This document shows, piece after piece, positions 56,953 to 64,000 of a DNA stretch of 64,000 nt; position 1 is the first letter of the stretch, and every line of letters starts with the position of its first letter. The position numbers and the translations under genes are program-made. The notes beneath the pieces were generated by a model. That model saw nothing but the letters and a program-made list of their open reading frames with translations, did no database searches and was not told where the DNA came from. Origin of the DNA: an uncultured Pseudomonadota bacterium (GTDB taxonomy: Bacteria > Myxococcota_A > UBA796 > SXON01); contig CAIUMM010000226.1 of the NCBI GenBank assembly GCA_903900265.1, positions 6,893 to 70,892 of the forward strand. The letters run 5' to 3'.

Positions 56953-58329
56953 CTACTCGTCGACGTAGCCCAGCGCCTTCAACGCCTGTACCTGCTCCGG
57001 GCTGAGCGGCAGGGCCGCCGGCGCGGCTCCGACGACCGCCGCCCGCGCCGCGGTGGTCCGTGCGTCCAGCTCGGCCTTCAGACGATCGACCAGCATCCCG
57101 CGGACGGGCGCGAGATCGTTGGACTCCCCTGGGTCGGAGTGAAGATTGTAAAGCTTGGCATTTCCATATCCAAGCACAAGCTTCATCCCATCCGGACTGA
57201 TCAGCGCGCGGTAGTTCCCATACTCGGTGTACACCGATCCCCCCGGCGCGGGGCTCGCTGGGTTGAGGAGGTTCGCCGCGTGGCTGCGCCCTTGCCACCG
57301 CGGCCCCCGCGGCACCCCCGCGAGATCAGCGAGCGTAGGCGCCACATCGATGATCTGCGACCAGTCCGACCGGCGACCGGGCGCCACGCCAGGAGCTTTG
57401 ACAATCCAAGGAATTTGCACGTTTTCCTGCCACACGTCGCCGTGAAACCATTGGCCGTGCTCCGCGAAGGCCTCACCGTGATCCGCCACCACCGCGACGA
57501 TGGTGTTCGAGTCCAACCCGGAGATGACCAACTGCTGCATGAACCGACCGAATTGGGAATCCCAGTATTCGATCTCAGCGTCGTACAGCCCTTTCAAGTA
57601 CGCGATGTCCGCCTCGGTCGCTTTTTCCTTATTCTGAACGAACCGGCGCTCGATCTCCATGTGATCACCGGTCAGCGATCCTGAATATCCAGCCTTGTAC
57701 TTCGAGTACCACGGCTCTGGTGCCCGATAGGAGCTATGGGGATCCATGTAGTGAAGGTACATCAGAAAGGGACGAGCGGGGTCTCGCTCCGTGCCCAACC
57801 ACGCCGACGCCGCGTCCGTCAGCTCCTGCGCGGAGATGCCCTCCGCCATCTGCCCGCCGATGATCCGGTTGACATCAAACCCCTGTGTCAGACCGCGGTT
57901 CGTGTCCACCACCACCGTCTTCTTGAGCGCGACCGTCTGATAGCCCGCAGACTTGAACATCTCGGCCAACGTATCTTCAGACGCCGACAGTTGATCCATC
58001 TCCAACCGTTGGTTGGGATTGTAGCGTAGCACCCGATGCGTCAACGGATCCAGAGAGGTGAGCAGCGACGTCATCGCCGGGACCGTCCACGCCGCCTGAG
58101 TCAACACATGCTCAAAAACAACCGAGCGTCCGGCAAAGCGGTTCAGATTTGGCGTCACGTCCCTCGTCGCACCGTACGGCCCCAGCCGATCTGCGCGCAT
58201 CGCGTCCACGACGACGACCACCACGTTCGGCTTCGGGGCAGCGACGGCTTCGGAAGAGTACGCCGCGGCGCAAAATGCGGCTCCGCACGCAGTCAGCACC
58301 AGAAGAGTGGCGCGTCTACTGCCCTTCAC
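56953..58329 (-). CDS. secreted sulfatase-fold (alkaline phosphatase superfamily) enzyme with Thr at the nucleophile position
   Basis: Track ORF 56953..58551. GTG 58329 overlaps the upstream stop (GTGA) and gives a signal peptide (KGSRRATLLVLTACGAAFCAAAYS). VVVVVVDAMRADRL metal site. The nucleophile segment reads WTVPAMTSLLTS instead of C/S-x-P-x-R. Confidence 0.8.
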   Translation of the reverse strand: MKGSRRATLLVLTACGAAFCAAAYSSEAVAAPKPNVVVVVVDAMRADRLGPYGATRDVTPNLNRFAGRSVVFEHVLTQAAWTVPAMTSLLTSLDPLTHRVLRYNPNQRLEMDQLSASEDTLAEMFKSAGYQTVALKKTVVVDTNRGLTQGFDVNRIIGGQMAEGISAQELTDAASAWLGTERDPARPFLMYLHYMDPHSSYRAPEPWYSKYKAGYSGSLTGDHMEIERRFVQNKEKATEADIAYLKGLYDAEIEYWDSQFGRFMQQLVISGLDSNTIVAVVADHGEAFAEHGQWFHGDVWQENVQIPWIVKAPGVAPGRRSDWSQIIDVAPTLADLAGVPRGPRWQGRSHAANLLNPASPAPGGSVYTEYGNYRALISPDGMKLVLGYGNAKLYNLHSDPGESNDLAPVRGMLVDRLKAELDARTTAARAAVVGAAPAALPLSPEQVQALKALGYVDE

Positions 58330-58634
58330 TGGGCCCCAGCCTCTGGGTTGAACTGCCGGGCGCAGCTGACGGTCTCGATCGGGTCGCAGGTGGCCGCCTC
58401 GATGCACTCCAGCTCGCCATCGATATCCGCGCCCTTGGAAGCATCGAATTCGCACCCTTGCAGGCAGCTGTCCACCGAAGGATACGCCGCGTAGTCGCAA
58501 TTGAAGACGAGCTCTTTGCACATCGTCTCGCACGACGTCTCTGCGGCACACGCGCTCAGCAGCGCGAAAAGCAGCGTGGCGAGCACCGACACGACCTTGC
58601 TGGAGGAGCGGGAAATAGAAGCAACGGCGGTCAT
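58326..58634 (-). CDS. small Cys-rich lipoprotein (102 aa)
   Basis: Track ORF 58326..58817. ATG 58634 overlaps the upstream stop (TGATG). Signal plus lipobox ...LLFALLSAC. Eight further Cys in the mature part. Confidence 0.65.
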   Translation of the reverse strand: MTAVASISRSSSKVVSVLATLLFALLSACAAETSCETMCKELVFNCDYAAYPSVDSCLQGCEFDASKGADIDGELECIEAATCDPIETVSCARQFNPEAGAQ

Positions 58635-59812
58635 CAACGGATCACTCCTGTACCGAGCACCCCGACGCGCGCCACCGATTCCAGCGTGGCACCGGAGGCA
58701 AACTGCGGATGTTCGATTTGGTATCGCAAGAAATAAATAGCCAGCAAGCTGCCACGGGGCCATGCACCCAGCACCGAGGATGGCACCGTCATCGAGCCAT
58801 TGTCGCTGCCCGCACACAACCCTTCGCCCAAGGGATTCCCCGTCACGCCGTCGTAGGCGTCGATCAGGATCAAGAAGGTGCCCGTCCCGCCGAATGGCGC
58901 CCAGGTAAACTCCTGACCGGAGCGGGAGACCTGCGCAGCGAACGCGCTGCGCGAGTCGGTGTAGAGCGTTTCGGCAGGGGTGATCGACGAGAACCCTTGC
59001 GGTGTGAGCATCGCATCATCGAGGATCTCAGCTGACAAGCCTGCGCCGCCATCGATGTCGAGGCCATAAAATGCAGTGCGCGCGTAGTCGTCGTTGGCCA
59101 AACCCGAAGCGACATAGGAGGGACCGCTGTCTCCGCTCGTCTTCACGAGGCCGATGCTGTGCGACCCGGACTGCAAATGGACGTAGCCGCCCGCGTCGAG
59201 GAAGGTGGAGGTCGGCGGAGTGGCTGTGGCCGAGCTTGCGCAGGAGCCGGCAGCTGGGATCCAGGAGACCCACGACCCAGCGACGGGGCGATGAAAAGCA
59301 GCATCGGCGGTGACTTCTAGGTCCGACGTCAGTCCAAAGCAGTCCGGACAGGCAATCTGGAGCAACGAAAATTCGACCAAACCGGCGACCCCAGACTCCG
59401 ACCCGCCGCTGTCCCCGGTCTCGCCCCCAGTTTCGCTGGGGCTGTCGTGGCCGCTGTCCGGCGGCTCGTCCCCAAAGCGGTACGCGCCAGGGAGCGTGAC
59501 GCTGCCAAGGTCGGTGGTAACGGTGAGGTCGACGGTGGCCTCTACGCCCGCGTCGGGCGCGGTCACCGCGATGGACGTCTCGCTCAGCTTGCTGGCGGAT
59601 ACGGTCGCGCTGCCAAATGCGACCGTGATCGTGCCCTCCAAACCTGTGCCCGTCAGGGTGACCGCATTTCCGCCTTCCACGGGCCCAAAAGACGGCTGCA
59701 CCGAATCAATGGTGACCGGCCCAACCTCGGAGTCCGAAAGGTGATGGGTAGGCTCAAGACCCAAGGACCCACAGCCTGAAAGCAGCGCACCCATCCACGA
59801 GATCACGGTCAC
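58634..59812 (-). CDS. lipoprotein with IPT/TIG domain
   Basis: Track ORF 58634..60196. GTG 59812 overlaps the upstream stop (GTGA) and gives VTVISWMGALLSGC (lipobox). IPT/TIG-like PVTIDSVQPSFGPVEGGNAVTLTGTGL. Acidic Ser/Gly linker. Confidence 0.7.
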   Translation of the reverse strand: MTVISWMGALLSGCGSLGLEPTHHLSDSEVGPVTIDSVQPSFGPVEGGNAVTLTGTGLEGTITVAFGSATVSASKLSETSIAVTAPDAGVEATVDLTVTTDLGSVTLPGAYRFGDEPPDSGHDSPSETGGETGDSGGSESGVAGLVEFSLLQIACPDCFGLTSDLEVTADAAFHRPVAGSWVSWIPAAGSCASSATATPPTSTFLDAGGYVHLQSGSHSIGLVKTSGDSGPSYVASGLANDDYARTAFYGLDIDGGAGLSAEILDDAMLTPQGFSSITPAETLYTDSRSAFAAQVSRSGQEFTWAPFGGTGTFLILIDAYDGVTGNPLGEGLCAGSDNGSMTVPSSVLGAWPRGSLLAIYFLRYQIEHPQFASGATLESVARVGVLGTGVIR

Positions 59813-60972
59813 GGAGTCGATTCCTCCATGGTGCCAAGCGGATCGTAGATGAAGTACCCGACGCCGGGAGCGCCGTCCCATTCGTCGGTCACCCAGAGAT
59901 GGATGCGGCTGCCGACCGTGCGCGCGGCGACGGTGCCGATGTCGCCGTTCTCGGTGTTGTTGATGGGGATCGCATCGCGGCGGCGATCCCACTTGCCTTC
60001 CGCGTTTTTCGTGGCCATGCCGAGGAACTGATGCTGGGACATCTGGTAGTTGCCGGACGCTTGCCAATCCCCGAATCCGACGTAGAAAAGATACTCGGTG
60101 TGATCGAGCGCGGCGATGGCGATCGCGACCTGCCCCATGTCGTCCCACGCGCCCGCCGCACCGGCGACGAACACGCTCTGACTCGAAGGCGTCCATGACG
60201 TGAGGTCGCTCGCGTTGAGCTCATACGCGGAGCAGGTGTTGGCGCGAGCGTCGTAACCCGCGAGGTACCCAGTAAATCCAGCGACCGGTCCGAGGTCCAG
60301 CCCCAACGGCCAGCACCATCCGTCCAGACCCGCAGCCGGCTGCATCAGGTCGTACACCGGGTTCTGGGGGAGCGCCGTCCAATCGAGCCCGTCCGGGCTG
60401 GTGAGCACGCCGATGTCCAGGTTGTTCTGTGCGTACGACAGCCCCTGATAAATCAACACGTATTGCGATGTGTCAGGATCCCACGCCACCTGCATCGCGT
60501 CCATGGACGACGCATCCCAACTATCGGGACTGGAGCTCATCAGCGGGTTGGCGTCGGAAGGAATCCAGTCGGTGCCCTCGGCGCTAACGGCGTATCCAAG
60601 CTTCCAACCTTCCGGATTCGTGGCATCCACGCCGGTGTACCACAGCTGGTAAAACGGGTGTCCCAGCACCTCCGTCACCAGAAACGCGCTGTTGTCGATC
60701 TGAGGGGCCCAAGCCTCTCCGGTCGTGGTGAACACCGGGTTGCAGTCGTACGACCAAAAACCGGTTGACCCTCCACCGTCGTCGAGCACCGGAGTGAACC
60801 CGCAGTCGGTGATGTCAGCCGGGTCGACATCCGGAGCCTTTGCGTTCAACGCATAGTCTGGAGCGCACGCGCTGAGGGCGCCAACGCTTAGCGCGCAAGC
60901 GCCGAGGAGGACGAAGGAGGGGAGGACGGCGGTGGGTCTGTGCACCCCAGCATTGTATCGCAAGAAAAGCAA
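59809..60972 (-). CDS. lipoprotein, beta-propeller / glycoside-hydrolase-like (family unassigned)
   Basis: Signal plus lipobox ...SVGALSAC. Trp/Asp-rich repeated blades. TTG 60972 per track. GTG 60945 is an alternative start, preceded by TACAAT 6 nt upstream (possible leaderless transcript). Confidence 0.6.
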   Translation of the reverse strand: MLFLRYNAGVHRPTAVLPSFVLLGACALSVGALSACAPDYALNAKAPDVDPADITDCGFTPVLDDGGGSTGFWSYDCNPVFTTTGEAWAPQIDNSAFLVTEVLGHPFYQLWYTGVDATNPEGWKLGYAVSAEGTDWIPSDANPLMSSSPDSWDASSMDAMQVAWDPDTSQYVLIYQGLSYAQNNLDIGVLTSPDGLDWTALPQNPVYDLMQPAAGLDGWCWPLGLDLGPVAGFTGYLAGYDARANTCSAYELNASDLTSWTPSSQSVFVAGAAGAWDDMGQVAIAIAALDHTEYLFYVGFGDWQASGNYQMSQHQFLGMATKNAEGKWDRRRDAIPINNTENGDIGTVAARTVGSRIHLWVTDEWDGAPGVGYFIYDPLGTMEESTP

Positions 60973-61022
60973 ATCCGATGGACGGTCGCGAATCGAGCGT
61001 CAACGCCCACGGGCCCTTCCGG

Positions 61023-63152
61023 CTACTTGATTTTCAGCTTTTGACCGGGGTAGATCGTAGCCCCAGAGAGACCATTCCACGCTTTCACTTCTGCGATCGT
61101 GCAATTGTAGCGATCAGCGATCGCACCGAGGGTGTCGCCCTTCCGGACCGTGTAGACGGTGACCTTGGCCGTCGACGCAGGCGCTGTAGCCGCCGCAGGA
61201 GCGTTCCCCACCACCAGCTTCTGACCCACCACGATGGTGCTGCCGCTGATCTTGTTCCAGGATTTGAGCTGATCGAGGGTGACGTGCTGGGACGCAGCGA
61301 TGCCCGACAGGGTGTCCCCGGAGCGCACCGTGTAGGTGGTCGGAGCCACAGGGGCCTTGACCTCGGCGGTCTTCGATGCGGTGGTCTTCGAAGCAGAGGA
61401 GCTGGCACTGGCCGTCGAGCTGGCTGCGCTGTTCGCCGAGGTGCTAGCAGGCTTCCGGACCGAAAGGCGCTGGCCGGCGTAAATCTGATTTTCGTTCTTG
61501 ATGCCGTTCCATGCCTTGAGGTTGTCTAGGCTCACGCCTTGCGCACGGGCGATCGCGGCGAGCGTGTCCCCGGACTTCACCTTGTAGGTGACGACCACCG
61601 TAGCCGGGGCCGACGGCGACGGGTTCGACGCAGAAGCGGAAGCAGAAGCCGAAGAAGATGAAGCTCCCCCGCTCTTCGTACTGCCATCGGGGAGGAGCAC
61701 GGGCCCCGCTCCGGAAGTGGGCGTAGTCGTCTTTGCGCTCGGCTGCGGCACCTCGGCGCTGCCATGTGGCGAGGATGGGATGATCAGCTCCATGCCCACC
61801 CGAATTCGCTCGCTGGAGGGAATGTGATTGAGCCGCGAGATGTCCGCCGATGAAACTCCATACTTTTTGGAGATCGTGGACATGCTCTCGCCTTTTTTCA
61901 CGACGTGCCGCTCGTAGGTCAGGCGCTGATCGGGCGGAATCTTCGCGAACTCGGCCAAAAATGTGGGCCCCTGCCCCTTGGGCACCCGCACGCTCTGGAC
62001 CTCGGGATCCGGGGGGAGCGCCCAGCGCCGCAGCGCAGGGTTCAAATCGAGGAAAGCCTCCTCGGTGATGCCCGCACACCGAGCGAGTACGTCGACGCCG
62101 ACGCTCGCAGGGACGTCGACCGCATCGAACACGAACTCCTTCTGGTACTCGATCCCAACAAAGCCGTAGCGCTCGGGGTGGTGTCCCAAAATAGCCGCGG
62201 CGATGAGCTTGGGTACGTAGTTCTCCGTCTCGGTGTGGAGGTAGTCTCCCGCGACGATCGTCCAGAAATCGGTCGTACCGGCGCGGCGCGTGGTGTTCAT
62301 CACCCGCCCCTCACCGCCGTTGTAGCTGGCCCAAGCCAACCACCAGTCCCCTGCGAACATCTTGCTGAGATAGGAGAGATAATCGAGCGCCGCGCGGGTA
62401 GATTTTTCAGGATCCCGGCGTTCATCCATCCACCAGTCCACCCGCAGACGGTATTGACGCCCCGTCGCGGGCATGAACTGCCAAAGGCCTGCGGCCGCCG
62501 CGTAGCTCACCGCCCCCGGGCTGTAGCCAGACTCGATCATCGACAGGTACACGAGGTCGCGAGGCAGCCCGCGCGCTTCGAGCTGCTTGTACATCAACGG
62601 GCGCCACTTGGATGAGCGCTCGAGGTAGTGGGCGTAGTATTTCCGACCTCGGCCGAGGAAGTACACCATCCACCGCTTGACGTCGTCGTTGACCACAACC
62701 GGGATGTCGAACTCTTTGGGGTCGATCATGTCGAGGTGCAGCGGATCCCCGTTGGTCGCCGCGATGGGGTCTAAGTAATACTCCACCGAAGGTTCAGCGC
62801 CGACGCTGCCCAGATCGGCCAGCTCGCTCAGGCGCTGCGCGCTCAGCTCCTCCGCCGCCTCTTTCACCGAAGGCGTCGCGCTCGCGGCCTCGCCCGGTTC
62901 GATGAAATCCCAGATCGACGTGGCTTTCCCGGACGTGCCATCCTCGGGCTCACCGGTCGCGGAGGCATCATCCTCGGCGGGAGCGTCCTCGCCCCCGGGA
63001 TCACCGGCAGCGGGCGCACCTTGGTCGGCGGCACGCGCAAACGGCACGCTCCACGCGTTGAACGCGAGGGCGATCAGCACCGGGAGCGCACGAAGCGACC
63101 GCGGAGGGAGGGCGACTCGCAGGGCGAGGAGGGGGTAGGAGGAGGCAGGCAT
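61023..63152 (-). CDS. lytic transglycosylase (MltD-like) with four C-terminal LysM domains
   Basis: Track ORF 61023..63926; ATG 63152 (MPASSYPLLALRV... signal). SLT motifs YLSMIESGYSP, AAGLWQFMPATG, YNGG. Four LysM units (Y.V..GDTL..IA...). Confidence 0.88.
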   Translation of the reverse strand: MPASSYPLLALRVALPPRSLRALPVLIALAFNAWSVPFARAADQGAPAAGDPGGEDAPAEDDASATGEPEDGTSGKATSIWDFIEPGEAASATPSVKEAAEELSAQRLSELADLGSVGAEPSVEYYLDPIAATNGDPLHLDMIDPKEFDIPVVVNDDVKRWMVYFLGRGRKYYAHYLERSSKWRPLMYKQLEARGLPRDLVYLSMIESGYSPGAVSYAAAAGLWQFMPATGRQYRLRVDWWMDERRDPEKSTRAALDYLSYLSKMFAGDWWLAWASYNGGEGRVMNTTRRAGTTDFWTIVAGDYLHTETENYVPKLIAAAILGHHPERYGFVGIEYQKEFVFDAVDVPASVGVDVLARCAGITEEAFLDLNPALRRWALPPDPEVQSVRVPKGQGPTFLAEFAKIPPDQRLTYERHVVKKGESMSTISKKYGVSSADISRLNHIPSSERIRVGMELIIPSSPHGSAEVPQPSAKTTTPTSGAGPVLLPDGSTKSGGASSSSASASASASNPSPSAPATVVVTYKVKSGDTLAAIARAQGVSLDNLKAWNGIKNENQIYAGQRLSVRKPASTSANSAASSTASASSSASKTTASKTAEVKAPVAPTTYTVRSGDTLSGIAASQHVTLDQLKSWNKISGSTIVVGQKLVVGNAPAAATAPASTAKVTVYTVRKGDTLGAIADRYNCTIAEVKAWNGLSGATIYPGQKLKIK

Positions 63153-63198
63153 GGCGTGGCGCGGGGGAGGAAGCGGAGGATAACCAAACAGCGCTGTC

Positions 63199-64000
63199 AT
63201 GTCCGTTCTTGTCGTCGCAACTGCGAGGGATGAAATTCGCGCAGGGGTCTCCGCACCCCTGTCCCGCGGCGGCGTACCTGTGCGTCCCGTCGCGGATTGG
63301 GAGTCGCTCTGCCGAGCGATATGCGGCGTTGACACGCGCCTCGTGCTGGTGGACTCCCAGCTTCCAAACCTCAATCCCGTCATTCTCGACGCCCTCGCCC
63401 GCTCGCTTTCGCACGCGCCTCGGGTGCGCGTGCTGGGGAGCGCGATGCCGCCGCTGACGCGAATTCCCGCCACAGAAAAAGCCGCGCTGCGCGAGGCCCT
63501 ACGCTTGCCAGGAAAGGGATCGCTGACCGAAAGTGACCGACGGGACGTCCAGTGGATGGGCTTGGGGCGCGAGCCCCTCGATTTGCTGGCGCGCCTCGCT
63601 GCGTCCCCGCTCCCGCTGTGTGTACACGGAGAGCGCGGCACCGGCAAAGAGCGCGTGGCGCGCTGGGTGCACCAGCTGTCACGCCCGTACGCCAACTTTG
63701 TCGTTGTGCCCTCCGGGCAGCGGTGGGAACGCACACCGGGCCGCGGCACGCTTTTTATCGAGAGCGCAGAAAAGCGAGAGTCCGGCGAGATCCGCGCGGT
63801 GGCGCGCGAAGCGATGGCGCTGGGCTGGCGCGTAGCGCTGGGAACTCGCGCCGCCGAAGCCCCCTCGGGTGTCGATTGGGTGCGGGTGATGCTCCCGCCG
63901 CTCCGAGCGCATGTCGCCGATGTCAAACCTCTGGCGATGGCGTACCTCGAGCGACACAGTCAGCGCATGGGACAGCCGCTGTTGACCTTTGACCGCGCAC
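63199..64000 (+). CDS. NtrC-like regulator, partial (runs off right edge): receiver-like domain plus degenerate sigma-54-interaction AAA+ domain
   Basis: Not in the track (no stop in window). My translation from ATG 63199: MSVLVVATARDEIR...LVLVDSQLPNLN...CVHGERGTGKERVARWVH...GTLFIESA...LPPLRAHVADVKPLAMAYL... Confidence 0.6.
   Translation, partial: MSVLVVATARDEIRAGVSAPLSRGGVPVRPVADWESLCRAICGVDTRLVLVDSQLPNLNPVILDALARSLSHAPRVRVLGSAMPPLTRIPATEKAALREALRLPGKGSLTESDRRDVQWMGLGREPLDLLARLAASPLPLCVHGERGTGKERVARWVHQLSRPYANFVVVPSGQRWERTPGRGTLFIESAEKRESGEIRAVAREAMALGWRVALGTRAAEAPSGVDWVRVMLPPLRAHVADVKPLAMAYLERHSQRMGQPLLTFDRA

Noticed and set aside
1-64000. Search for tRNA, rRNA, transposases, integrases, phage genes and toxin-antitoxin pairs
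   Set aside because: All intergenic gaps are under about 170 bp and none shows cloverleaf-like structure. No ORF shows DDE/transposase, tyrosine-recombinase or phage structural motifs.

Overview
High-GC chromosomal segment (G+C judged by eye, not computed). It most likely comes from a Myxococcota-type bacterium. The clues are a MYXO-CTERM-like sorting tag, thrombospondin type-3 repeats, a TIGR02996-type motif, several eukaryotic-like Ser/Thr kinases and many lipoproteins.

I support about 52 protein-coding genes. They are tightly packed, and many are linked by 1-nt or 4-nt start/stop overlaps (GTGA, ATGA, TTGA, TGATG).

The content is mostly core housekeeping:
- Translation and RNA: alaS, prfB (with its programmed +1 frameshift), ybeY, phoH, ybiT.
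- Replication and cofactors: holB, tatD, coaX.
- Lipid A/LPS: an LpxL-like acyltransferase, a waaA-lpxK fusion, and an MsbA-like exporter with a glycosyltransferase.
- Cell wall: an MltD-like transglycosylase with four LysM domains.

These are interspersed with lineage-specific secreted and lipoprotein genes and signalling genes.

I saw no rRNA, tRNA, CRISPR array, transposase, integrase or prophage genes. There is no clear accessory or defence island.

The most unusual observations are:
1. One 3.6-kb ORF carries a normally C-terminal MYXO-CTERM-like tag at its midpoint, followed in frame by a second signal peptide and a complete OmpA-type protein.
2. An NAD-glutamate-dehydrogenase-like protein appears to lack the catalytic core.
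3. A translationally coupled trio (fused E1 alpha-beta, FabD/PKS-like acyltransferase, HD hydrolase) has no E2, E3 or ACP nearby. It sits downstream of a divergent adenosylhomocysteinase paralog.
4. A four-gene, fully start/stop-coupled lipoprotein operon ends in a sulfatase-fold enzyme with Thr at the nucleophile position.
5. A 54-codon RBS-preceded small basic ORF falls below the ORF-track length cutoff.

All homology statements come from motif recognition by eye and memory. They need HMM or BLAST confirmation.
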